Below are positions 13,106-24,716 of a stretch of DNA of 64,000 nucleotides, in pieces (position 1 is the stretch's first letter; each line of letters begins with the position of its first letter). A program made the translations under genes and the position numbers. The notes beneath the pieces are model-generated. The model was not told where the DNA came from. It made no database searches and saw only the letters and a program-made list of their open reading frames with translations. The DNA lies in assembly GCA_051313645.2 (NCBI GenBank), contig JBNRSN020000021.1, positions 35,402,001-35,466,000 of the forward strand, read 5' to 3'. The stretch is from Centroscyllium fabricii. Taxonomy: Eukaryota.

Positions 13106-14209
13106 GCTAGCAAAATGCCAGCACACACACAATGGGCCAAATGACTTATTTCTGTGCGTAAACCTGTATGGTTCTAAGTGTCCATGGACTATGTGCTATT
13201 CAAACAAGGGAACCTGCACTGTTTATATGGGAAACGTATACCATATATATATGGATGCTAAACATCCTTTGTAGATCATCCCTGCTCTGAAATATCAAAC
13301 GGTTCTGCATCTACAGATTATCCAGCTGATGGCATACTTGTGCAGGTAGCTATCACACACAAGCTTTCCAGTAAAGGATGTAAGTAAGCTATTGTGCTTT
13401 TGCAGGTGTATAGACAGGAGTTGAAACAGATGTGCTCAAGGCACATATACTGTATAACTTTTGAGTGAAGGAACCATTTCCCCTGCTGTGTGCACTTCAG
13501 ATAAGGAGGCTGTCTCAAGGTTGAGCAAAAGCCTCACAGTCCTGAATTAATTTACAACTTTTACATGTAATTGATGCCAAGGAATGCATGAGTGATAATA
13601 CTGGCGTACCAACCGGACCTCGCCATATATTGCCAATAGAATCTCAGGTCGTATATAGCTCTTTAGAGATCTGGCCAATTAGTAGCTTATCTCTAGTCTT
13701 TCAACTACTCAGGATCGACTGCAAATCAATATGGTGGGTATATTGGGGGAGAAATTCGGTTGGTTTGCGCCTCCCGTTAGCGCCGTAAGAGGGTGCTAAT
13801 GGGGCGCAAAGCAACTAGTGCCCATGCGTGGTGATGTTTGCGCCGCTCACGAAATTGACTACACATTTTGCGGCGGTGCTGAGCACTACCACCATGATCT
13901 GCTGCGCCCGCAGATCATGACGTCAGTCGAGCGTGCAACGCCCTGGACTGGATATTGAGTGGCGTCCCCCTGTCTTTCCGCCGCAAGCAACGACAGGTTG
14001 AGGGGAGCATTTTGCAGTCGTGAATGGACTGGGGGAGCGCCATTTAAAGGCGACCGCTTCTTGCCTCTTTTTGTCAGCGACATTTTTGCACCACGCATTC
14101 TGGGTGAGAGACTGCAGGAGATATTCAAAGCTGTGTTGAGGCGTTTTAGGTACTGAGCAGCATTTTGCAGGTTCTTTTTGATTTATCTTCCTTGTATTGA
14201 TTTGGAAGA

Positions 14210-14775
14210 CATGATGTGGAGGTGCCGGTGTTGGACTGGGGTGGGCAAATGTAAGAAGTCACACAACACGGTGGCACAGTGGTTAGCACTGTTGTCTCAC
14301 AGCACTGGAGACCCGGGTTCAAATCCAGCCTCGGGTGATAATCTGTGTGGAGTTTGCACATTCTCCCCGTACTGCGTGGGTTTCCTCCGGGTGCTCCGGT
14401 TTCCTCCCACAGTCCAAAGATGTGCGGGTTAGGTTGATTGGCCAGGATAAATTGACTCATAGTGTTAGGGGGATTGAATATGTGGGGTTACGGGGATAGG
14501 ATGGGATATGTGTCGATGCAGGCTCGATGGGTATCGAGGGATATGGGGACAAGGCAGGGACAGGGTACTGGGTTTGGATGATCAGCCATGATCTCATTGA
14601 ATGGCGGAGCAGGCTCGAAGGGCCGAATGGCCTACTCCTGCTCCTAGTTTCTATGTTTCTATGTTTCTAACACCAGGTTATAGTCCAACAGTTTTATTTG
14701 AAGCAGCGCTCCGAAAGCTTGTGATTTCAAATAAAACTGTTGGACTATAACCTGCTGTTATGTGACTTCTTACAT
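14210..14775. mobile_element. Short inverted Penelope pLTR insertion, split by a V-SINE
   Basis: 14210-14268 plus 14669-14702 match the PLE tail at 3678-3763; 14700-14775 is its reverse complement with hammerhead 3' half ccGAAAGCTT. Flanking duplication ttgattt(g/a)gaaga. Confidence 0.75.
14268..14668 (+). mobile_element. V-SINE (HE1-like)
   Basis: Near-identical to 8935-9334; aacac on both sides. Confidence 0.92.
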
Positions 14776-15218
14776 TTGATTTAGAAGAGACTGTGGGGGC
14801 TGCACTCTGAGCTCTTTCCCTGGGTCTCTCCATTGTTCTTTCCAACAGATTTGATGTGCAGGTCTCTCCAGGCTGAGATTCAAGGCTGCAATGAGCAGGG
14901 TGTGGATGGAGAGCAAGATCGACCCTCCCCTTTAAGAACTGGCCAGCGGCAGTGTGTCTGTGTTCCATTGCTGACTGACAGCACATGAGCTTCGCCAGCG
15001 CTCTGAGATAGCGCCTCGCTCCTCGGCGTTAGCGCCTTAAGAGAGGGGTGTAGCACCTGATGTAGCGCTCCAATCACCTCCAGGCGGGATAGAAGCTAAG
15101 TTTGCAGTCGGAGGTGATAATTAGCACCAGGCGCTAAACTTTGCGCCCAGACGATAATCGCACCCCAAATGGGGCGATATCGAATTCCTCCCCCATTGTG
15201 TTTAATCAGAGTTTAAGA

Positions 15219-15466
15219 CATAGAAACATAGAAGATAGGAGCAGGAGTAGGCCATTCGGCCCTTCGAGCCTGCTCCGCCATACAATGAGATCATGGCTGA
15301 TCATCCAAAACCCAGCACCCCGCCCCTGCCCTCTCCCCATATCCCTCTATCCCTATTACACCTATACCGACACATATCTCACCCTATCCCCGTAACCCCA
15401 CATATTCAATCCCCCTAACACTAAGGGTCAATTTATCATGGCCAATCAACCTAACCCGCACATCTT
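15219..15466 (-). mobile_element. 5'-truncated V-SINE
   Basis: Reverse complement of the SINE 3' half. Confidence 0.88.
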
Positions 15467-15596
15467 AAGACGGAATATAACATGCTAGTTATACAGCAAA
15501 AATACACGACCATGACAAGCCCCGGTAACGGTCCCGATCAGACAGACGGCTGGCATGCGTGAACAGTTGTTTGGCTTCTGGCCTCTCTCTCTCTAG

Positions 15597-15685
15597 GGCC
15601 TTTGATGCTGAGCATGGGATCACTCTCAAAAGTGCGTTCGGCCAGCTCAACTTCTCTTTGGCTCTCCCCTCCACCGTCTATGTGG
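15597..15685 (+). CDS. Candidate host-gene exon (AFDAEHGITLKSAFGQLNFSLALPSTVYV), product unknown
   Basis: Strong acceptor ctctctctctctag, donor G|gtaagc; 89 bp, open frame with coding-like codon usage; non-repetitive. Confidence 0.5.
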
Positions 15686-17882
15686 GTAAGCACTCAGGGT
15701 GTCACTTTTATTCTCTTTTTAGGGGTGGGTCTGAGGCCAAGTTATTGATGAGACCATTTCATCTGTAGAGGTTCCTCTAAAACCTCATCACCCAATGACA
15801 CCTCAAATCCTTTGTCTTGGTGCTTGGATGAAAGCCCTCCCCAAAAAGCTGGGTCCATTACTTCATCCAATTTATCTCATTGTTTAATCTTTCTGAAGGT
15901 TCTTCCTTTGGAATTGGTGTCTTATCACTCTTGTTTCTATCCTCCTTGACCCAGCAAGTACAAGGCCCGACCCTGTCCCTCTTTAATCAGCAGGCCCAAG
16001 CCAGAGTTGTCGCTCATTAGCCAGTTGCTATCTCACCTTCATTTCGCAAATGGCCCATTCTAAGATGGATACCTCAACCTTCTCAAGTTCCTTTCATTCT
16101 ATGTCTTTTCCTAATTAACTTTTAATTATCTTTGCAAGCAGTTCTGCTAAAAATAAACTCCAAATTCTATCTGTAGAGTTTATAATATGGTTATTAGCAC
16201 TAATGGAAGAAACATAGGGGGAGATTTTGATGTCCCCGTCAGGCGGGGTTTTGGGCGACCGTGAGGTGAAAATTGGAAAATTTTGGTTCCCGCCCAAGCC
16301 CGCCCATTCCCCGGCGGTTTTGAATTTTTGGGCGGCCTTTTTCCCTGCCCCGAATCTTTCCCGCCGGCGCCCGGAGGGGATGGTTGTTAAGGTCGTTAAG
16401 GGCCCTTAATTGGCATCTGTAATCCCATTTTAAGGGCCCTTAGCCATTTTCAGGTGTTTCACGGACAAAACCCGCCAAGCTAAACCCCGTCAGGTGAAAC
16501 CCTTGTGCGAACTCACTCGGACTGCTGAGTATCTGTGTCCGGTCACTCAATGAAGGCTCACATTTAATCAGCCATTAATCGCTTCCGCAACCACATTGTT
16601 GTCTCAGTCCTGGGGATACTTGCAACAGGCTTCAGCACACCTGTGGAGGTTGCATCCTCAAACCCTTCTGCAGTGTGACCTGGGAAATCACTCTCACTTC
16701 CCCCGCCTCAGTCAGTGCTTCCTCAGCCACGGCTGCCAGCACAGCCATGGGAAACATTTTCTTCCTTCCCTTCTTGGGATTACATGATCTCCACCAGGAG
16801 CAGATGCGGCTACAGCAGCAACAGCAGCAGCCACACCAGGAGCCACCTCACCAGCAGCAGCCACACCAGGAGCCACCTCACCAGCAGCAGCCACACAAGG
16901 AGCCTGACGCTCCTGTGTTCCCTCCAGGGGCAGCATGGGCCAGAAGTCATCGGTGCATCGAAGGACGTCGCCGCAGAAGATACCCCCCAAATCGGGTCTA
17001 CAGAGTCTGAGCCACGTACCTCAACATGAGTGAACGGCGGTGCCAAAGGCGACTCCGACTTTCCCGAGAGGCAGTCACAGACATCTGCACCATGTTGCAG
17101 CAAGAGCAGGAGCCCAGAACACCAGGTAGACTGGCTCATTCCAGGGATCAGCAGCCGACATCAGCGTAATCTCCCAGTCGGCCGCACACTCCTGCATCAC
17201 CCAGGTAACCGATGCCCTCTTTGCCCGCGCCCACAATTTCATCCATTTTACCACGGATCGCGCAAGTGTGAGGGCCCGAGCGATTGGAATGGCTCGTCTG
17301 GCAGGCTTCCCAAGGGTGCAGGGCATCATTGACTGCACACATATGGCCCTTAGGGCACCCAACGACAACCCAGTAACTTTTCTCAACCGCAAGGGCTTCC
17401 ATTCACTCAATGTTCAACTGGTATGTGACCACAGGAAGGAGATTTTGCATGTGTGTGCCAGGTACCCTGGCAGCTGCCATGACTCCTTTGTCCTGCGCCA
17501 ATCAACCTTGCCTATGCTCTTCACACCGCCGGACCAGCTTCCGGGGTGGCTACTTGGAGACAAGGGCTATCCCCTCAGGACTTGGCTCATGACGCCGGTC
17601 AGGAGGCCAGTGTGGTAATCATATTACCAGTGTATATAGTTAGGTTACACCACAGACCAGTGTGTATAGTGGCTTGGTGTGTTGTACATAGAACACTGTT
17701 GTGAGGTCAGGTCAGCCACACCTCTATCTCCTCCCCTCAGGTGGGAGCCTTATAGGTGAGGTCTGCCCTGCCCCCAGTCATTCTGTACCCGATGTTCAAC
17801 TGGAGACTAGCTCCATCTTTAAGTTAATAAAAGCCTATAGTTAAGGTAACTACTCGTCTTTGTATTATTGACGATACGTCAA

Positions 17883-17896
17883 TTTTATTAACTTAA
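17883..17896 (+). promoter_or_regulatory. Non-tRNA primer-binding site complementary to the element's own LTR (putative self-priming site)
   Basis: ttttattaacttaa is the exact reverse complement of LTR 17819-17832 ttaagttaataaaa; no TGG start. Confidence 0.8.
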
Positions 17897-17904
17897 TTTT
17901 CGAA

Positions 17905-19004
17905 ATGGAGAGCGGCGCTGTGAAACCCGAAATGTTGGATATCAATCCTCAAGAACCAGACGGCGCCAACACTTTTAAACATTGGTTCAGCCTTGTCGAG
18001 GCCTACATGGCGACCGCAAAGGCGACGAGCGACGGGGACAAACTACACGTCCTCTCGTGCAGAATCAGCAGCCGGGTGTACTCCTTCAGCCGCGGCATCA
18101 CAACGTACACGGAGGCCGTGAAGAAACTGAAGGAATGCTACTTGCGCCCGGCCCACTCGGTCTATGCCAAACACGTGCTGGCGACCAGACAACAGCGGCT
18201 CAGTGATTCGAATGAACAATATCTGTTGGCGCTTCAAGCACTCGCTCAGGCCTGTGACTGCCAGCCACGAATGGCGCAGGAGGAGACGAAGCTCCTCGTT
18301 CGAGATGCCTATGTGACTGGAATCAGGTCCAACCAGGCCCGCCAGCGGTTGCTGGAAAAGGACACTCTATCACTGGAGGAGGCGATCTCCATCTCTAACG
18401 CAGTGGACGGAGCGCGCCGCAGGCTAGAGGTGTATGGCGGCCAAGGCCCACACGACACCCTCGATCCCTGGGTGGCCACACGACAGGTCGAGAACCCCAC
18501 AATGGCAGCAGCAGCTGCGAAGACGCCGTCGGAGCGAAGATGCTACATCTGCGGCCAGGGACAGCACCCGCGAGTGAAATGCCCCGCGAGGAACGCGACC
18601 TGTGAGAGATGTGGCAAGAAAGGACACTACGCCAGGGCCTGCAAATCGGCCCCAGCGCCCAGCTCCAGATACAACAGCGCGGCCTGCAAGAGTTCCAATG
18701 TCATCCCATGGCCTAAGGTAAGCTGCTGTTGCAGCGCGACCCAGCAGCAGTCTGGGGGTAGATCACAGGCGCCTCCGTCTCCCATCCCTGTATGGCAGAG
18801 GCCGACCGTGCGCACGGCACGGGCACCGCCACGCCAAAGACGGCCGCGGCCGGCCATGGGCGACCCCCCAACGCCGGCACCTCGCCCAGCGCGGTCCACT
18901 GCGTGTGAATCACGGGCGCCGCCACCGCAGTCCACCGCGTGCAAACCACAGGCACCGCCATCTAATCCACCGCGGTGCGCTGCGTGCGAATCACGGGCGC
19001 CGCC
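17905..19004 (+). CDS. gag: Gag with two zinc knuckles, open until the nested LTR
   Basis: CYICGQGQHPRVKC and CERCGKKGHYARAC; LLVRDAYVTGIRS motif. Confidence 0.9.
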
Positions 19005-19304
19005 TGTGATAAACCACTGTTTCCCACTGTTTCCATTGTATATACCCACCCTATGATGTATCTCTGTAATCATGCTTATATCCATAACCTGTATCACCTG
19101 TTGTAAGATTACCTGGACATGCCCAGGCTGGCTCCGCCCGTGACTCCTCCCTCCCAGGAGGAGGTATATAAGAGGCCGTCTCCCATCCCCCGGCCATTCC
19201 TGGGGACGGTCGACTACCTGGTGCATGTCCACCATTTAGTGAATAAAAGCCGCATTGTTTCACCCTTCTAACTACTCGTCCACGAGGTCGTTATTTCGGT
19301 CACA
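19005..19304 (+). mobile_element. Solo LTR, Gypsy family B, nested in gag
   Basis: tgtgataaacc...ggtcaca; TSD ccgcc (19000-19004 / 19305-19309); TATATAA and AATAAA; similar to 51566-51867. Confidence 0.92.
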
Positions 19305-22242
19305 CCGCCATCTTGTCTTCAGCAGCCAGCCATGTGCGACTCCCTGGTGCCGCCATCTTGTCTTCAGCGGCCAGCCATGTGCGGCTCCCCGGCGCCGCCA
19401 TCTTGTCTTCAACGGCCAGCCATGTGCGACCCTCCGGCGCCTCAAGCAGAACGACCAGTCACAACCCCCGGGGGAACGGCCAGGTAGAAAGGGAGAACGG
19501 GATCATCTGGAAGGCGGTCAGCCTGGCCCTAAAGTCCAGAGGCCTTCCAATGTCCCGTTGGCAGGTAGTCCTCCCAGACGCGCTCAACTCCACCCGCTCT
19601 CTGCTGTGTACGGCTACAAACGCCACACCTCATGATCTATTATTTTCCTTCCCCAGGAAGTCGACACTCCCACCGTGGCTCATGATGCCGGGGCCGGTCT
19701 TACTTAGGAAACATGTCCGCGGCTATAAGACCGACCCCCTGGTGGAAAAGGTGCAGCTGCTGCACGCCAACCCGCAGTATGCCTACGTGCAGTTCCCGGA
19801 CGGGCGCGAGGACACAGTTTCCATCAGAGACCTAGCGCCCGCCGGGAGCACTAGAGCAGAGCCCCTGGTCGAGCCTCAGCCCGTCCAGCCACCGCCTACC
19901 GAACACTGGCCTGCATACCGACCACCATCTACCGAATACTGGCCTACATACACGCACACACCGGGGCCCCCGACTCTATCGGCTGAGGACCCAGGGCCAG
20001 ACGCCACACCACATGCACGGTTGCCGGAGGACCCGACCCCGCCACCACAACTGGAACCAGCGCCACTACCGGAATCCCGGCAGTCTTCACGACAGACTCG
20101 ACCACCGGAGCGACTCATTGAGAACTGCTGATACGGACACATAAAAAATTTTTTTTTTTGCACTGCCCTCACTGATCGGTTCTGTTCCATTCACCCCACC
20201 GGACTCATTTTCAAAGAAGGGGTGAATGTGGTAATCATATTACCAGTGTATATAGTTATGTTACACCACAGACCAGTGTGTATAGTGGCTTGGTGTGTTC
20301 TACATAGAACACTGTCGTGAGGTCAGGTCAGCCACACCTCTAACTCCTCCCCTCAGGTGGGAGCCTTATAGGTGAGGTCTGCCCTGCCTCCAGTCATTCT
20401 GTACCCAATGTTCAACTGGAGACTAGCTCCATCTTTAAGTTAATAAAAGCCTATAGTTAAGGTAACTACTCGTCTTTGTATTATTGACGATACGTCAGCC
20501 AGCCAATGAGGCTGAGGAGAACTACAACTCCGCACACATCTCCACCAGAAGCATTATAGAGCACACCATCAGCTTGCTCAAGATGCGTTTCAGATGCTTG
20601 GACAGATCAGGTGGAGCCCTGCAATACTCCCCAGCCAGGGTCTCCAGAATGGTAGTGGTTTGCTGTCAACTTCACAACATGGCCCAGCGCCGTGGCTTGT
20701 AACATCCTGACCAAGACCTGCCTCCTCACATACCGTCCTCAGATGAGGAGGAGGAGGAAGAGAAGAGGGGAGCTCATCCTTGCAAGATTTTCTTAGCCTA
20801 CTCAAGCCAGCTTGTGCTACTCTCCTCATCCTAACAGCGCATCCTCACTGACACACTCCAATCAGTTCCACAGCTCATACCTGCATGAGTCCCACTACTG
20901 TAACAACATCTGGGTGGGGGAGTGTAATTCTGGGGCTGCCAAGTGCCTGTGACTGCTTTCTGCGCTCGCACATGCACCCATGCCCCTGACGCACCACAGA
21001 TTTCTTTGATGCACATGGTCCCATCCAAACATCCATCCATCCATCACATGCAATAATGAACACAGAAACAATAAAGGTTGCAACTGAAACATGCTGTTTA
21101 ATACCGACATTAAGCAAACATGGCCACATGCATGGTTGTTCAAGTGATGACCAACACTTATGAATCACTGCATTAATGCTGTCCCAGCCATCTCAGCTGC
21201 AGACATGCAGGGTTAAACGGTCAAAATGTCATTATCAGCAATGCTGAACCTCAGCCAGTCCAGTTTTGAGCTTGCAAGCTCATATCCATTGTCAATCATG
21301 TTCCCCCCCTCTCACGTGGTGCCCCTCCCTTTTCAAGAGTGGCACATATTCTGACCAACCATCGACTCTGCTGTGGGGGTCACAGTGAAATCGGGGTCCC
21401 TGATCAGCCAATCAAAACGGACATCCCTCCTGAGGTCGTCAACAGCTTGATTTGAAAAACAGAGAACAACAGCAGCCATGTATAGAAAAATTATGCAGGC
21501 GCTGTCGGGTTTCTTTATGCGGGTGGGGCTGCTGTGTTTCAAACTTTCCTGGAGGTGCTTCAGGGCAGTGTACCCGGACATGAGGCAGGAGCTGTGGAGG
21601 GCACTGAGGGACAATGTCTGGTGGGTCTTCACCCACCTGATCTTGTTTGATGTGTGAGAGCTGAGGCATGCTGGCACCATGGCTCCTTGGCCATTCCATC
21701 AGGGTCAGGTGCTGTGAGGGGCCAGCTGCAGCCAGATGATGTTGGATGCGTGGGTACTTTGGCCAGTTGGCCCATCTTTTCTTTGCCCACCACCATCCCT
21801 TTAAAGTTTTGTTTGTGTTAAAGTTCAGCCCTGAGGCTTGTTTGCTGGTGTTGCGAAAACATCAGGTGGTTTGTTCAGTTAATCTGGTCATCATTTGGAC
21901 CACACATCGTTCATACAGCCCCTCTGTTCTCTGGTGTGCGTCACCATGAAGGTAGGCCGATTTCAAGGACCTTCACTCTTAGCCATTGAGCTACAGTCTG
22001 TTATTGAAACTCATGCGTCTTGCTGTAAGTCCTTCTGCCATGTTGCATCTGCATCCTTGCATATCTGTGAGGCCTGCCCGATTGCTGTCCAGCCTGCATA
22101 AGGCATCAATGTGGAAGGGCCATTCGCAAGATGTCAGACATGACAACTGCATCAGGTGCCACCTGGAGTAGTCTGCTGTCTGACCAGTGCTATAGACACC
22201 TGAATGTCTGTTACACTAACACCCAAGTGACTCTCGTTGTGC

Positions 22243-24272
22243 CTAAGGGTGCTTAAGTTTTCTTTTGCGAGTGCTCATACGTGGTGGTGGCCCTGTGGTG
22301 TCAGCAGATGTGGAGGCCCCCTGCTGAGTGCCCTGCTGCTCCTGTCTAGGCACCTTCGGCGGTCGTCCTCTAGGGCGGCGAGCCTGTGGGGGCTCACCAC
22401 CAGTCTGCTGCTCCTGCGGCTGGGCAGGGTATGATACTTCCATCTCAGGTGCATGGGGACTCCGGCAGGCCTCTGACCGAGGGCTCTGTAGTTGTGCGGA
22501 CGTGGGAGCGCTTGGAGAGGAGCTCACATTTCTTTCAGCTGCACCACCAACCTCCCTCTCATGGGTCACCTCCCCCTCAGCGCCAGCAGGTGGCTGGACA
22601 GCACCTTGCTGCACTTCAGGGGGGCCATGGGGACCCGTTTCTGCAGTGGAAGTTCTACTGAGAGGGACTTCCACGAAGGTCTGGTTCCTCTGCTCAATAG
22701 ATGCCACTCGCTGCTCAAGAGATGTGAATCTGTTGTGGACAGTGCCCATGTCTTCGAATGACTGGCGACTTATGTGCTCGATGGCCATGGCCATCCTCTC
22801 GTCCATGGTCGCTATCCTTTCCATGGTGGTTGCCATCCTTGCCATGGTGATGCGATCATGCGCCACTGACTCCGCAAAGTTGCTTCTCATGCTTGTGACA
22901 GACTCCTCCATTCGCATGACACTCGCAGCTACCTGGGAGACAAAACCTGTCCGAGACACCTACATCTGTGTCTGGAGTCCCATCATGTGTCCTCTGCCTG
23001 ATGGATCCAGAGGCACTGGGTCGACATGCAGCTCAGCTATGCTGGCAGAGTCCTGCGCCCTACGACTAAAACTCTGCAATGCTGTCCACAATCTGCTGAG
23101 GCTCACTTGTGTTGTCTGAATCACCCGGTGACAAATCAGATGTAGCTCTAGGGGGGCCCACCGAGATGCTAGTATCTGCGCTGGTGCCGGGTGGAGTCTG
23201 TGGTGCTGACGGTGTGCCCTCAGAGGTGGCAGGTTCCTCTGAGGACTGAACAGGGGCGGCCTCATCGTCAGCTGTGCTTGGGCATCCAGCTGCGGATGGG
23301 CCTGTGGGGCAGTAAAGGAAAAGGTTAGAGATATGTCAGCAAGGTTACATACAGACAGCATTCAGGAGCTGAGCAGAGCTGCCTCTGCAGTGCTTTTACG
23401 TTCATTTTGCCAGTCTCATGTGTTAGTTCTTAGAGAAAAAATGAAACCATGCTGTCACCAGCTTGAGATTGCATGCCTACCTCGCCGTCACCCACTCCCG
23501 GGGCTTGCCCCTCCCCAACGAGATCCAGAACAGCCTTCTCCCGGGTGGTGAGCTGCTGGATGGTGGTGGGTCCTCCTCCGGTCCTGGCGATGTGCCGCTT
23601 GTTGGCGGCTGTCTTTTCCTGCAATGAGGGAGAGAAGTGGAGGTTGAGTGAGAAGGAAGGAGTTGGTGCAGCGAGTGACCAGCAAAGTTTGTTGGAGGGT
23701 GACAAAGATGCAGTGAGCCTGTAAGAGCAAAGGCTCTCCGTGTGTGGTGCCAGATGTGCTGCAAGCATGAGAGTGAGAGGGAGTGTGAAGGCTGAATGGA
23801 GGGGAAGGACTGTGATTGTGAGCATAGATAGAGAGGGAATGGGTGAGGTTGCTTGGATGTGATGGGGAAGTGGGATGTGGAGGAAGGGAGTGGTGAAGAT
23901 AAGTTGTGGTGAGGGGGATGAGATTGAGGGTGAGGGGAAATGAATACTTACTTTTGCCATGCGGTGAATGTCATGCCATCTCTTGCGATACTGGAGCCAG
24001 GACCGGGGTGTTGTGCCCAAGGAGCTGACCCCCTCAGCCACCTGCTGCCATTCAGCCCTGGTCTGTGAGGGAGGTCTCTTCCTCCCTGAGGAGGGGAAGT
24101 GAACCTCCCTATGGGTCGTTGCCCCCTCAACTAATGCATCGAGGGAGGCGTCATCAAATTTGGGGGCGGGTCGTCCCCTCACGCTCTGCCATCCTACTGA
24201 AGGGTTGTACAATGATAAGCAGTGCGGTAGGCGAGCCGTGTTCCTTAAAAGAAAGCCGAATTCTGACGGCAT
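22243..24272 (-). pseudogene. Harbinger ORF2, Myb/SANT-like DNA-binding protein; predicted exons ~24272-23952, 23618-23459, 23301-22243
   Basis: RPAPKFDDASLDALVE...AEWQQVAEGV...RSWLQYRKRWHDI; donor AAA|gtaagt, acceptors ttgcag and ccacag; RTGGGP motif; coiled-coil heptads; C-terminal RKRKLK; probable frameshift in exon 3. Confidence 0.8.
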
Positions 24273-24716
24273 ATTCTGTAACTTTCTGACTGGAAATCGG
24301 TGATTGAGAAGGCGTCCCACAGGTGGGGAATTAATTGGGTACTAAAATCTCGTGGGAAACGCAGGCACTTTATCGGGCGGGCCAAAAACCCGCCCCGACC
24401 AATCCCCGACAGTTCCCCGCCATTCTGGAAAACTTCCGGTTATAGGTTGGGCCTTCACTGGCCAAATTAAAGATATATTAACAAAGTCAAAACCCGAACT
24501 AACAAACAACAGATAACTAACATTAAAAGCTTTGGAACAGTAATTGGGCAAGTGCTAAAATAAAAGTTTAACGCAGAGCCTTGGAAAGTGTGCAAAAGTC
24601 ACTACGATTTGGAGTTCAAAGCCAATGTCAGATAAAAACTACATTTCAAAAAGTTATATGGGGATGAAAAAAATGAAAATTTTTGCAAGCCAATATTGAA
24701 GGTTTCATTGTACGAT

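Larger units (their letters stand above)
13745..15194. mobile_element. Harbinger-like MITE with nested Penelope palindrome and V-SINE
   Basis: TIRs gggggagaaattcg / cgaattcctccccc (13/14); 3-bp TSD att (13742-13744 / 15195-15197). Confidence 0.85.
17611..20497 (+). mobile_element. Internally deleted Gypsy family A element (gag plus integrase C-terminus; no PR/RT/RH)
   Basis: 271-bp LTRs 17611-17881 and 20227-20497 (about 6 differences); TSD gccag; PPT 20213-20226. Confidence 0.95.
16748..20702 (+). pseudogene. Harbinger (HARBI1-like DDE) transposase, disrupted by a stop, a deletion and a Gypsy insertion at 17611-20497
   Basis: [31 protein letters not shown], then [17 protein letters not shown] after the insertion; N-terminal Q/P/H 30-bp repeat 16830-16905. 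Confidence 0.92.
16217..24440. mobile_element. PIF/Harbinger DNA transposon, copy 1 (defective, with nested Gypsy)
   Basis: Left end gggggagattttgatgtccccg shared with copy 2 (60876); degenerate right TIR aaaacttccggt; transposase on +, Myb/SANT gene on -. Confidence 0.88.

Noticed and set aside
22328-23119. 263-aa + strand ORF
   Set aside because: Antisense shadow of the Harbinger Myb gene's last exon.
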